From an uncultured archaeon (GTDB taxonomy: Archaea > Asgardarchaeota > Thorarchaeia > Thorarchaeales > Thorarchaeaceae): DNA of 64,000 nt. The notes below the pieces were generated by a model. That model saw nothing but the letters and a program-made list of their open reading frames with translations. It did not search any database and had not been told where the DNA came from. The translations under genes and the position numbers were made by a program. Each line of letters starts with the position of its first letter. The first letter of the stretch is position 1. The stretch covers positions 285,568 through 349,567 of the forward strand of contig CAZLEV010000001.1 of assembly GCA_964558645.1 (NCBI GenBank), given 5' to 3'. Shown piece by piece: positions 20,653-31,008 of the stretch.

Positions 20653-21342
20653 GTGATATGGAAAACCAAGATTCGAGTGGTGGGCTGTTGCCTTATCATC
20701 GCGATCATCGGATTGGCTATCCTCATCCCATATGTGCTAGATGCACCGAGTATTGAAAAGACAAGGTCCGGCATGGTAACGTTCTCATCTGTGGCTGGCG
20801 AGTCTGTCTATGTGGAGGGCAGATTCTCATTCATGACACTGTGGGAGACCAGAGGAAACTATACGGCATCTGGAGGAGTAGAGATTGGTTTCAAGTTTAC
20901 GTCAACCCTTCCATTTCAGAACCTGTCATTCTCAATGTATCCTCGCTATTCTTCGGGGCATGGAAACCTCTCGGTGAACGAAACAGTGACTCTGAAACTT
21001 CAATCACAGACACTCAATGAGTCATGGACATACAGCGATTACCAGGGCTCAGGGTGGTGGGACATCGGCCTTGGAAATCGCAGTTCAAGCCTTCCCATAT
21101 TCAACCCGGACAGACTGGCGTTCAATGCCACCCTGTGGTGGCGTTGGATCCTTACAGATGTGGAAGCTTCTGGTGATACACATGAATCCAGATTCACTTT
21201 TACTATTACGCTAACAGAAAGACTACACCTCCACGATATGGGAGAAGTGAGAACTGCTACCTTTTGGTCTGCTCTACTCGGTATTGCAGTGGTTGTCATA
21301 GGCACTTGGAAGTATCAGTCTATCAGAATCACCGAAGATTAG
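20653..21342 (+). CDS. Hypothetical membrane-anchored extracellular protein
   Basis: N- and C-terminal TM segments; beta-rich S/T-rich middle with several NxS/T sequons. Confidence 0.7.
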   Translation: MIWKTKIRVVGCCLIIAIIGLAILIPYVLDAPSIEKTRSGMVTFSSVAGESVYVEGRFSFMTLWETRGNYTASGGVEIGFKFTSTLPFQNLSFSMYPRYSSGHGNLSVNETVTLKLQSQTLNESWTYSDYQGSGWWDIGLGNRSSSLPIFNPDRLAFNATLWWRWILTDVEASGDTHESRFTFTITLTERLHLHDMGEVRTATFWSALLGIAVVVIGTWKYQSIRITED

Positions 21343-21821
21343 GAGTATCTCTTCAGGAACTTATGATATCACTCCGAAAAAGCGGCTCAATCAAGACGAG
21401 GATATTGGCGGTTCCAGCTATGCCTGTGCTCGGTTTCAACCAGAGCAATCGGATATGCTAATGAGAGTGCGATGGCTCCATGAGTATCCATGTGCGGTTT
21501 GCCTGTTTTTTTTGGGCTTTCCCAGTTTCTTGCTCGGAAGAAGTCAGACCATAGAAAGCCCATAGAAAGGGCATCGTCATTCACTGAACCATATGTCCGG
21601 TCTACCATCAACTATCCCGCTGCTGAATGGCTCGTCTGAGTATATGTAGAAGTCAAAACCCTCTTGGGTACTTCTCCAGTAGAGTAGGCCTCGGTAGAAG
21701 TTGCGTTCCCACCTGCAAACCTCATCGTAGCCCGGAAACAGACTCTCTTGAGCCCGATCTCAATTCCGACAGAAGCATATATCTTCTTGGTGGTCTTGAA
21801 TCCTAGAGTAATCCAGCCTGA

Positions 21822-22307
21822 GTGATGGAAGCCATGACCGAAAAGATTCCCAACATAAAGATGCATCATGATTTTGCAGTTACCACTCACAACGCGCTAT
21901 GGTCAATCCTTGACAAGACTGAACCATCTGATGAGGAGCTGGAGGAGGCGATGCATATGGCCCATGCCAGCCGAAATCACTGGAGCAAGGCAGGCTCAAT
22001 CATCAATATCGCAAGAGCCGAGTATATGATCTCGCGAGTATACTTTTCTATGGATCGTGCTGAACCTACACTCTTTCACGCCGAGCGGTGTCTGGAGCTT
22101 ACAGAGGAGGCCAAGAAGACTGACGACGCCTTTCAGGACTGGGACCTTCCCTTTGCCTATGAGGTCGTTGCGAGGGCCCACGCGATTGCTGGCAATAAAG
22201 ATGAGTGCTATACGTATCGAGAACTTGCCCAGAAGGAAATCGATGCCCTTGAGAGCGACGAAGACAAGAAGATTACGCAGGGCGAACTCGATAAGCTCCA
22301 GTGTTGA
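21822..22307 (+). CDS. Conserved hypothetical all-helical (TPR-like) protein
   Basis: AHASRNHW...ARAEYMISRVY...WDLPFAYE helical repeats. Confidence 0.75.
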   Translation: MMEAMTEKIPNIKMHHDFAVTTHNALWSILDKTEPSDEELEEAMHMAHASRNHWSKAGSIINIARAEYMISRVYFSMDRAEPTLFHAERCLELTEEAKKTDDAFQDWDLPFAYEVVARAHAIAGNKDECYTYRELAQKEIDALESDEDKKITQGELDKLQC

Positions 22308-22644
22308 TGATGTGGCTGTCATCAGAGTCCCTGAGATGATATACTACTTGCAGATGCAACACAGTCCATAGTCGTCGGCACTACGTGCGTCTTCGCAGTC
22401 AACTCCCCTTTTGACATCCGAACCAATCGGCAGTACTTGACTTCCATTTTCAACACGGCGGCATCATCGACCGTCATCTCTGGCAATTGGTGTTTCTTGT
22501 AAGAGCACTGACATTCAAGGCCGATCCTCTGTTCTGCACCGAGCTGAGGTATCGCATGAAAAACAAAGCAACTTAAATATTAGTTTGCTACTCGTGCGAG
22601 TATTGTTGAGTTCCAGTTGTGAACTCATATGGCGGGAATTCGAG

Positions 22645-24471
22645 ATGAAAAGTAGGAAAACGTTCTTCATTCTTTTTCTAGTAATCCTGTTTTCGGTGAC
22701 GGTTTCATCCAACTTCGCATATGCCGCGAACACAAACCGTGCACTCGATTACAGTACGGCTCGGAGCGCTTCTCGGACAGTAGAATCGTATGTGCTGGAA
22801 TCTGACCATCCTTACAGTAACAATTTCGATCATACCTGGAGCATAACCAAGCAGGATGCGACGCAGATACGGGTCCATTTCACATACATAGAGGTGGAAA
22901 GCAACTACGACTATCTCTACGTGTACGATTATGCTAACAATCAACTCCACAAACTGACGGGTACGTACTCCTCGGGTGGGTGGTCTGCCTGGAGCTATGG
23001 GTCCACAATCAAGGTCAGGCTTGACACAGACTACTCGGTCACAAAGTGGGGATTCAAGATTGACAAGATCGAGTATGAGGGAGGCGGCGGTGGCGGAGGA
23101 GACAATGTTCTCCAAAACGGCGTCACAGCCACAAGTTCACTCTCAGGGACGGGTGCCACAGAAATGTGGACGATAGAGGTGGAGTCCAACGCAGTCAATA
23201 TGCATTCTGTGCTTACCTGTGGATCCGCTGACTTCGACCTCTATGGGCGACGAGGAGCTGAGCCAACAACTTCGACCTATGATTGGCGCGGCTACACAAG
23301 CGGTGGAGAGGACGTGAACTTCGCAAACCCGGGCGCCGGTACATGGTACATCATGGTACGCTCGTACAGCGGATCTGGCACATATTACCTCACCGTGACT
23401 ATTGAGTACGACTCGGGTGGCGGCGGAGATAACACACTCCAAAACGGTGTTGCTGTAACTAGTTCACTCTCTGGAACAGGCGACACAGAAATGTGGACGA
23501 TAGAAGTGGAGTCTAGTGCTCTCAACATGCATTCTGTTCTCACATGCGGGTCGGCCGACTTCGATCTCTATGGACGAAGAGGAGCCGAACCAACGACTTC
23601 GACCTATGATTGGCGCGGCTACACAAGCGGTGGAGAGGACGTGAACTTCGCAAACCCGGGCGCCGGTACATGGTACATCATGGTGCGTTCGTACAGCGGG
23701 TCTGGATCGTACCAGTTGACTGTGACCATTGAGTACGATTCGGGTGGCGGTGCAGGTGATGGGGTGGTCAGGAAGTGGGCTGTCATAGTTGGGATCAGTG
23801 ACTACAAGGCTATCAGCGACCTCTCATATTGTGATGAGGACGCAACAGACTGGTACAACTATCTCACGTATACCATGGACTACGACTACATCAGAGTACT
23901 TGGAGACGGTCATACATCCAACTATCCATCGTACTATGCCCTTGCGACAGAGGCCAATGTGAAATCATCTCTTAACTGGCTCATCTCCAATGCAGATGAG
24001 GATGACCAAGTGGCTTTCATTACTTCTGGACATGGTAGCGGCAATGGCTATGGCTCGTCCTTCTTGTGCATGTGGGACTGCAATAGTGGGGAAAGCGGTG
24101 AAGACGGCAACCTCTACGATACCGAGCTTGCATCTTACATTGGCAACATTGTGGCTGAGAGCATTTTCATCTTCGTGGATCATTGCTACAGCGGAGGTCT
24201 CATTCCGGAGATTCAGGCGCTGTCCAATAGTGATTCGGTCTACATGACCACCACATGTACTCAGAACGGCTACGGGTATGATGACCCATCACATCAGAAC
24301 GGTGCATGGACCTACTACTTCCTTGAGTTCGGTCTCATCAACCATTTCGGTAGTAGTCCGAGTACAACGATGGAATCCTGTTTCTCCTATGCCCTAAACT
24401 ACTACCCGCACAGTGGTGGGGATACTCCCCAAGAATTCGATGGCAACACTGGTTCATCATTCACACTTTGA
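22645..24471 (+). CDS. Secreted caspase-like (clan CD, C14-like) peptidase with CUB and two PPC domains
   Basis: Signal peptide MKSRKTFFILFLVILFSVTVSSNFAYA; CUB (HPYSNN..IRVHF..YDYLYV..WGF); 2x PPC (ADFDLY..GTWYIMV); KWAVIVGISDY, TSGHG, DHCYSGG. Confidence 0.85.
   Translation: MKSRKTFFILFLVILFSVTVSSNFAYAANTNRALDYSTARSASRTVESYVLESDHPYSNNFDHTWSITKQDATQIRVHFTYIEVESNYDYLYVYDYANNQLHKLTGTYSSGGWSAWSYGSTIKVRLDTDYSVTKWGFKIDKIEYEGGGGGGGDNVLQNGVTATSSLSGTGATEMWTIEVESNAVNMHSVLTCGSADFDLYGRRGAEPTTSTYDWRGYTSGGEDVNFANPGAGTWYIMVRSYSGSGTYYLTVTIEYDSGGGGDNTLQNGVAVTSSLSGTGDTEMWTIEVESSALNMHSVLTCGSADFDLYGRRGAEPTTSTYDWRGYTSGGEDVNFANPGAGTWYIMVRSYSGSGSYQLTVTIEYDSGGGAGDGVVRKWAVIVGISDYKAISDLSYCDEDATDWYNYLTYTMDYDYIRVLGDGHTSNYPSYYALATEANVKSSLNWLISNADEDDQVAFITSGHGSGNGYGSSFLCMWDCNSGESGEDGNLYDTELASYIGNIVAESIFIFVDHCYSGGLIPEIQALSNSDSVYMTTTCTQNGYGYDDPSHQNGAWTYYFLEFGLINHFGSSPSTTMESCFSYALNYYPHSGGDTPQEFDGNTGSSFTL
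23101..23754 (+). repeat. Intragenic tandem duplication, 2 x 327 bp (PPC domains)
   Basis: Copies at 23101-23427 and 23428-23754; 89 bp identical (23269-23357 = 23596-23684). Confidence 0.95.
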
Positions 24472-24505
24472 GAGGGGCTCTGGCCCCTCCTATCCTTTTT
24501 TCTTT
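24472..24505 (+). terminator. Hairpin plus T-rich tract terminator
   Basis: GAGGGGC-TCTG-GCCCCTC followed by CTATCCTTTTTTCTTT directly after the stop codon. Confidence 0.7.
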
Positions 24506-24835
24506 CTCCCCATCATTGCTACCTACACAAAGCAGCATGAACACTCAGAGTATGTATGGAAAGATTTGTGGATGTGCTGTATCAAGCTTGCTCCCGTACA
24601 GTGGAGTTCTCAGACAAGGAGCAGACACCTCTGCCGAAACAATATCAACTCACTTCCAGCACAGAAGATACAGAGGATGATTACTCTTAGAGGTGTACTC
24701 ATAGTACAATGGTCACGTCAAGCATTTGAAACCCGGTGAAGGAAAAACGCTTGACTTACCAGGTGTTCTAGATAAGGGATTACGAGGATGGCTTGAGAAG
24801 AAAGAAACAAAAGCTAGCCGATGGGTCGATAGGAC

Positions 24836-26092
24836 ATGATTGAGGTTGCACCCGACCAGGCACGGAGCTTTGTGTTAGACACGCAGGCTATTCGGTCCAA
24901 TTCTCCTTGTCAGTCAGTCATGGACGTCGCGCGGAGAATTCATAATATCCAGATTGATACTATCTCTGTGGTGACGCGGAGCCACAATCTCATCTGCTTC
25001 AATCGGTTCAGTGACTATTACGAAGGCGATGTGTGGGAAGCTCAGAAGAGCGGTAAACTCTTCGAGTATTCGTCGCATGCTCAGTGTCTGATGCCGATAG
25101 AGTCACTTCCATTTTACATGTGGAAGATGCACAAGTTCAGAGAGCAAGAGAAAGGCTACTGGGCCAAATGGGGCAGAGAGAACAGAGATTTGGTCGACGC
25201 CGTTTACGATCACGTAAAGAAGAACGGAGTGACCTCCTCAAGCGACTTCAAGGATGACGGAAGAAAGCGCGACGGTTGGTGGGACTGGAAGAAAGAGAAG
25301 CGGGCACTAGAGTTTCTCGCTACGGAGGGCAGACTCATGGTTGCTTTTCGAAGCAACTTTCAGAAGCACTTCGATGTGTCTGAGCGCGTCGTTCCTCTCA
25401 GTCAGAGTACTGAGCCAATGCCTGAAGATATGATTCCCGAGTACATAGTCTCGGTAGTCTTTGGATCCCTGGGTCTGGCGAGTGCACAAGATTTGAAGAC
25501 ATACGTGGGTAGGAGGCCGGCAAGGGTGTTCTGGTCTGGGCGAACAACAGAGATTGAGAGCTATCTGGAAGGCTGTTGTAAGAGTGGGGTGTTAACCGAG
25601 GTAGCGGTTGGGGGAGCCAACGAGAGATACTTTGTACTGTCATCTAGCGCTAAGGTACTGGAGCAGTCTCTGTCACGGTTGAATGTAGGGCCTGTCAGGT
25701 TTCTAAGTCCTTTTGATAATATTGTCCGAGACCGCCATTATCCGAAGCATCTGTGGGGTTTTGGATACAGATTGGAGGCCTATACGCCAGCAAAAGACAG
25801 AGAATACGGGTACTATGTTCTGCCTATGTTGCACGGTATCAATATCGTTGGGCGTGTCGACATGAAGGTGCATCGCAAGGATTCAACTCTCGAGATCCTG
25901 TCTCTATACCTTGAGCACGATGATACAAAATCAGATGATTTTCCTATCCGTTTGTGTGAGGGTTTGCGTGACTTTGGACGATTTCATTCTTGCCGACTAT
26001 TGAAAATAGGCTCAATCCATCCGCAAGAGCGCAGAACGCAGCTCATAGACAGACTGGAGGACACATTGGACATGGAGTTGGTTCAGGCATAG
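24836..26092 (+). CDS. YcaQ-like (HTH_42) DNA glycosylase / crosslink repair protein
   Basis: IQIDTISVV QxD motif, GWWDW, FLSPFD, YGYYVLP. Confidence 0.88.
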   Translation: MIEVAPDQARSFVLDTQAIRSNSPCQSVMDVARRIHNIQIDTISVVTRSHNLICFNRFSDYYEGDVWEAQKSGKLFEYSSHAQCLMPIESLPFYMWKMHKFREQEKGYWAKWGRENRDLVDAVYDHVKKNGVTSSSDFKDDGRKRDGWWDWKKEKRALEFLATEGRLMVAFRSNFQKHFDVSERVVPLSQSTEPMPEDMIPEYIVSVVFGSLGLASAQDLKTYVGRRPARVFWSGRTTEIESYLEGCCKSGVLTEVAVGGANERYFVLSSSAKVLEQSLSRLNVGPVRFLSPFDNIVRDRHYPKHLWGFGYRLEAYTPAKDREYGYYVLPMLHGINIVGRVDMKVHRKDSTLEILSLYLEHDDTKSDDFPIRLCEGLRDFGRFHSCRLLKIGSIHPQERRTQLIDRLEDTLDMELVQA

Positions 26093-26206
26093 AACCAATC
26101 CTTTTCGTCGTGCTTCTATGGCAGCTATTACGCTAACCTTATCTTTTTGAAGTATTATTCATTAGAAACCATAAGGACATGGTACAGACACCTAGGAGAA
26201 GTATTG

Positions 26207-26794
26207 ATGAGAGATCAGGATGACGGAAGCAGGATTCTGAAGGCTGCACTGATAGGCGACGGCGCTGTGGGGAAGACCAGCATTCGGCGTGACTATCTGG
26301 GGGAGGATTTCATAGAGGGACACCTCGCTACAATCGGAGTTGACCTCGCAACAAAGAAGGTACTCTTTGAGGATGAAGTTGTGAAGTTCATCATCTGGGA
26401 TTTGGCAGGCCAGCCGACCTTTGAGAAGGTGCGCGGACACTATTATCATGGATGTAACGGATTGCTGCTGGTATATTCGGTTGTGGACCGTGATTCGTTT
26501 GACAATGCAAGCAAGTGGCTCGTGGAAGCCTATCGTAATATGGGCAAGCTGCCGCCGACAATCATCATCGGAAACAAGATTGACATCCGCAACTTGGCAC
26601 CATATTCTGAAAGGGTTTCAACTGCGGAGGGCAAGCAGTTTGCAGAGTATTTCATGAAAAAACTCGATGTTCCTGCGGTCTTCATTGAAACATCTGCCAA
26701 GACAGGTGAGAACATTCAGGAGGCCTTCAACAAGCTTCTGAGAATGATGGCTGAAGCCGAGGACGATAAGAGTCACCACTACGTGGGCGAATGA
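26207..26794 (+). CDS. Rab-like small GTPase
   Basis: GDGAVGKT, TIGVD, IWDLAGQ, GNKID, ETSAK; start taken at ATG 26207. Confidence 0.93.
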   Translation: MRDQDDGSRILKAALIGDGAVGKTSIRRDYLGEDFIEGHLATIGVDLATKKVLFEDEVVKFIIWDLAGQPTFEKVRGHYYHGCNGLLLVYSVVDRDSFDNASKWLVEAYRNMGKLPPTIIIGNKIDIRNLAPYSERVSTAEGKQFAEYFMKKLDVPAVFIETSAKTGENIQEAFNKLLRMMAEAEDDKSHHYVGE

Positions 26795-26859
26795 ATCAGT
26801 GGTACTCATCGCAACTTTAATAACCCGATGCACTATTGTTAACACAATGATTCGGGCTG

Positions 26860-29481
26860 ATGGGTATGAGTGAGCAAGATAGAAGCAGCAAGTCACGTAT
26901 TTCCATGAAGATAGAAGGTATGCATTGTGCTTCCTGTGTGGCCACCATCGAGAAATCACTTCTCAATGAAGATGGTGTATTGAAGGCGACCGTCAGTCTT
27001 CTTGATGAGAAGGCCGTCATCAATTACGATCCTGAGAAGGTAGACAGGGAAAGACTGGAGCATGCCGTGGAATCTGTCGGATACAGACCAAAGCGTCCCA
27101 CGATGACACTTACATTGGCTCCCAAGCCGACTCCGAATCAGTGGGATATCCTGATTGAAGGAGTTGAATCGATAGATGGAATCATGTCAACAAAGATCTT
27201 TCCTGATTCGGGGAGAATTATTGTAGAATATGATGACGACTTGGTAACCGCAAGAATCGTCAAACGCGTCATAGAAGAAGAAGGATTCGAGGTCGCGAGT
27301 AGCACTGAGGCACTCGGCGATAGAGAAACACTGGCTAGAGAAACGGAGATTCGCTATTACGGAGCTCTTCTATTATTCTCATTGGTCTTTACAATTCCTC
27401 TTGCGCTTACAGGATTTGGATTACTGACTCCCCTTATTCAGCCCTTTATTGCACCAGACATTTTCATGTTCTTACTAGCAACCCCTGTTCAGTTTGTTGC
27501 TGGCTATCCATTCTACAAATCCGGACTTAGAGGTCTAGTCCACGGAAAGACCAATATGGACACACTGATAATGCTCGGAACAAGCGCGGCATACTTCTTC
27601 TCTGTTGCTGCCACGTTCATCTTCCCAGATTTCGTGCCTTTCTACAGTACTTCAGCTTGGCTGATTGCGTTCATAATCCTTGGCAGATTCTTGGAAGCCA
27701 TTGCAAAGGGAAGAACCTCAAAATCCATTAGAAGTCTTATGGACCTGCAGGCGAACATAGCTACAGTTGTAAGAAATGGCGAAGAAATCACATTGCCTGT
27801 TGAGGACGTTGAAGTTGGAGATACCATATTGGTCCGTCCGGGAGAGAAGATTCCTGTCGATGGTAGGGTACTCCAAGGCGAATCCAAAGTAGACGAATCG
27901 ATGATCACTGGTGAGGCCATCCCGGTCGACAAGACCCCTGGTGATCAGGTAGTTGGTGCTACCATCAACAAGAATGGTGTCCTCCGGATTGAAGCCACAC
28001 AAGTCGGTCAGGATACCATGCTATCTCAGATTGTCAAGCTTGTAGAGGAAGCTCAGAGTGAAAAGCCTCCAATTCAACGAAGGGCTGACGCTATTGCAGA
28101 AGTCTTCGTTCCATTCGTTCACGTGATTGGTTTCGCCACATTCCTTGGGTGGTTGTTCATAGGAGCAGCAGAGTGGACTCTGGCTCTGAGTTTCACCATT
28201 GCTGTTCTGGTTGCAGCCTGTCCATGTGCACTTGGGCTTGCTACACCCACGGCAATCATGGTGGGATTAGGCAAGGGTGCTCAGTCTGGTATCTTGATCA
28301 AGACTGGTGCAGGGCTTGAAACAATACCGAAGATTGACACGATCATATTTGATAAGACAGGAACCCTTACCATTGGAAGACCAACAGTCACAGACTTCAT
28401 CTTGCTTCCAGGCATTGACAAGGAACTGGCTCTATCCGAGATCGCAGCTGTTGAGAAGAACAGCGAGCACCCGTTGGCTGAAGCAATAGTAAGATATGCT
28501 CAGAAAGAGGAGGTCGATATTCCGTCGAGTGAAGACTTCAGCTATGAGCAAGGTAGCGGAGTTCAGGCTATGGTCAATGGGAATGAGATACGCGTTGGCA
28601 AGGATGAGTATCTTCGTGCTGGCGGTATTGATATCTCCGAACTAGAACATCACAGCGCAGGACTTCAAGAACAAGGAAAGACAACTGTCTATGCTTCTAG
28701 AAACAACAAGCCATTGGCGGTGATCGGCATCGCAGACGCCATCAAACCATCGTCAATGAGCGCAGTGAAATCCCTCAAGAAGATGGGCCTTGATGTGTGG
28801 ATGATAACCGGCGACAAAGAACGTACTGCAAGAGCTGTTGCAGAGAAGATTGGAATTGAGAATGTCCTATCTGAAGTTCTTCCTGTAGACAAAGCTGACA
28901 AAGTCAAAGAACTACAGAACGAAGGAAAGGTTGTTGCCATGACAGGCGACGGAGTTAATGATGCTCCTGCTCTTGCTCAGGCCGATGTAGGGATAGCACT
29001 AGGCTCAGGAACGGATGTGAGTGTGGAGACTGGAGAGATTGTGCTTGTCCGCGATGACCTCATGGATGTTGTTGCCGCCATAAAACTCGGTAAGAAGACA
29101 ATGGTCAAGATAAGACAGGGCTTCTTCTGGGCTTTTGTCTATAACATGGCATTGCTGCCCATCGCAGCTGGTCTATTCTATCCTTTCTTTGGACTGGCAC
29201 TGCGACCTGAGTTTGCTGGACTCGCCATGGCAATGTCAAGTGTGTCTGTGGTGAGCAATGCACTTCTTCTGAACCGATTCGATCCGACGGAACCTATTGA
29301 AGAGGAGGATGTTCCAGAAGAGGAATCCGCAAGCACCATCGCCATCGATCCTATTTGTAAGATGGAAGTAGACACGGCCACTGCAGAACTGTACTCTGAC
29401 TACGAAGGCGAACGGTATTACTTCTGTGCTCCTTACTGTAAGCAGACATTCGATGAGAATCCGAGTCAGTACATAGAGTAA
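26860..29481 (+). CDS. copA: Cu(I)-transporting P1B-1 ATPase with C-terminal YHS domain
   Basis: GMHCASC HMA, TGE-type actuator (ITGEA), CPC, DKTGT, SEHP, GDGVND, YN and MxxSS; DPICKM...YYFC tail. Confidence 0.95.
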   Translation: MGMSEQDRSSKSRISMKIEGMHCASCVATIEKSLLNEDGVLKATVSLLDEKAVINYDPEKVDRERLEHAVESVGYRPKRPTMTLTLAPKPTPNQWDILIEGVESIDGIMSTKIFPDSGRIIVEYDDDLVTARIVKRVIEEEGFEVASSTEALGDRETLARETEIRYYGALLLFSLVFTIPLALTGFGLLTPLIQPFIAPDIFMFLLATPVQFVAGYPFYKSGLRGLVHGKTNMDTLIMLGTSAAYFFSVAATFIFPDFVPFYSTSAWLIAFIILGRFLEAIAKGRTSKSIRSLMDLQANIATVVRNGEEITLPVEDVEVGDTILVRPGEKIPVDGRVLQGESKVDESMITGEAIPVDKTPGDQVVGATINKNGVLRIEATQVGQDTMLSQIVKLVEEAQSEKPPIQRRADAIAEVFVPFVHVIGFATFLGWLFIGAAEWTLALSFTIAVLVAACPCALGLATPTAIMVGLGKGAQSGILIKTGAGLETIPKIDTIIFDKTGTLTIGRPTVTDFILLPGIDKELALSEIAAVEKNSEHPLAEAIVRYAQKEEVDIPSSEDFSYEQGSGVQAMVNGNEIRVGKDEYLRAGGIDISELEHHSAGLQEQGKTTVYASRNNKPLAVIGIADAIKPSSMSAVKSLKKMGLDVWMITGDKERTARAVAEKIGIENVLSEVLPVDKADKVKELQNEGKVVAMTGDGVNDAPALAQADVGIALGSGTDVSVETGEIVLVRDDLMDVVAAIKLGKKTMVKIRQGFFWAFVYNMALLPIAAGLFYPFFGLALRPEFAGLAMAMSSVSVVSNALLLNRFDPTEPIEEEDVPEEESASTIAIDPICKMEVDTATAELYSDYEGERYYFCAPYCKQTFDENPSQYIE

Positions 29482-29526
29482 TAGGGATTTGAGGACCACA
29501 ATCGTCCTCTCAGAGTTCACCCGACA

Positions 29527-31008
29527 GTGCTTAATAGTAGGATGTATTCTTGCTTCCTGTATGGTTCACAAGGAGTGAGGATATTGCTAACACGACTTCA
29601 GAAGATCTACTTCGGGATGGCTCGACTTGGGCCCAGCATCATGCTCGACATGCTCTCGCTTGCAACTACGCTTTTCTACTACTCATTTCAGAATCTTCCA
29701 GGCATCTACACAGGAATGTCACTGGCAATAAGCTATCTTGTTATTGCAGCATCTCAATTCGCGTTCGGATATCTTAGTGACAGGACACCTACAAAGAGAT
29801 GGGGCCGTAGAAAACCCTACGTCATTATCGGTGCGCCACTCATGGCGCTCTCGTTCCTGTTCATCTTCACGCCGCACTGGTTCGTGGCCCAAAGTGACGT
29901 GATTGGGCTATTCATCTATGCAACAGCGACTCTTGCGGTGTTCAAGATGCTCTATGGCATGGTTACAACGCCGTTCCAGTCATGGATGCCCGAACTGACG
30001 GAGCCAGAGGAGCGCCCCTCGGTTTCTCAATGGCAGAACGTGGCAAACTTCTTGGGATTTGTTGTTGGTGTACTAATGACCTCACTGCTTGCCGGACTCT
30101 CTGTAGGATATGGTCTTCCCACCGAGATACTGTTCATGATTATCGCAATCATGGTGATTCAGGTTGTCGGTTTCATCCCATCAGTGGTCAATCTAAAACA
30201 GGAGGGCAAATTCATTCCTCAGCCTAATCTGAAGAAGGATTTGGGAATCGTTTTGGAGAACCGCGATTTTCTTGGTTGGTTACTGGCCCAGGGGCTTCTA
30301 TCTGTCGGCTTTGCAATGGTGACCTCTCTGGCCTTTCCATTTGTGAATGACTACCTAAGCTTTGGAATGCTGGATCTGCTTATCTTCGGAGTCGAGCTCT
30401 TGCTTGTCGTCTTCGTGTTCTTCCTAATCTGGCGCTGGGGAATAAGAAACAAGGGTAAGCGCGTGACTTTGCAGGCTGCAATGCTTCTAGGAGGTATTGC
30501 GCTTCCGTTCACAGTGGTTGTGGCGAGCAAACTCGTTGGTTTCATTCTCATAGCTCTGGTGGCAGCCTCAGTCGCAGGGTACTACCTCTTCCCTTACATA
30601 GTATATGCAGATTTTGCGCATAAGGACGAGATCCTAACAGGTGAGGGTAAGGCTGGCATCTATACTGGCTTTCCGTCTATACCCCTCAACATATCACAGG
30701 CCTTCTCTGCGATGCTCATGGGAGTGATTCTGGATCTCCCAAGGAATCTTCCTGTAGTCGGTAGTCCAGAGCAGTTGGTGACTATGGGGTACATAGTATG
30801 GGGTCCTGTCGCGGGAGTATTCGTGCTGCTATCAGTCCTGGTGTTGTTCAAGGTCGACTTGGACCCAGACTTCGAAGCAATAGCAGCGAGTCAGACGGTG
30901 CTCGCTGTCGACCCAGCTGTGGATGAGGATGTACATGAACCATCTGACGCGGCTCCGATGGAGGAGAATGAAGGTTTCACTGAACAAGGTCTTAGCCGTG
31001 ACGATTGA
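29527..31008 (+). CDS. MFS transporter (GPH/MelB-like)
   Basis: GYLSDRT..WGRRKPY; 12 TM. Confidence 0.88.
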   Translation: MLNSRMYSCFLYGSQGVRILLTRLQKIYFGMARLGPSIMLDMLSLATTLFYYSFQNLPGIYTGMSLAISYLVIAASQFAFGYLSDRTPTKRWGRRKPYVIIGAPLMALSFLFIFTPHWFVAQSDVIGLFIYATATLAVFKMLYGMVTTPFQSWMPELTEPEERPSVSQWQNVANFLGFVVGVLMTSLLAGLSVGYGLPTEILFMIIAIMVIQVVGFIPSVVNLKQEGKFIPQPNLKKDLGIVLENRDFLGWLLAQGLLSVGFAMVTSLAFPFVNDYLSFGMLDLLIFGVELLLVVFVFFLIWRWGIRNKGKRVTLQAAMLLGGIALPFTVVVASKLVGFILIALVAASVAGYYLFPYIVYADFAHKDEILTGEGKAGIYTGFPSIPLNISQAFSAMLMGVILDLPRNLPVVGSPEQLVTMGYIVWGPVAGVFVLLSVLVLFKVDLDPDFEAIAASQTVLAVDPAVDEDVHEPSDAAPMEENEGFTEQGLSRDD

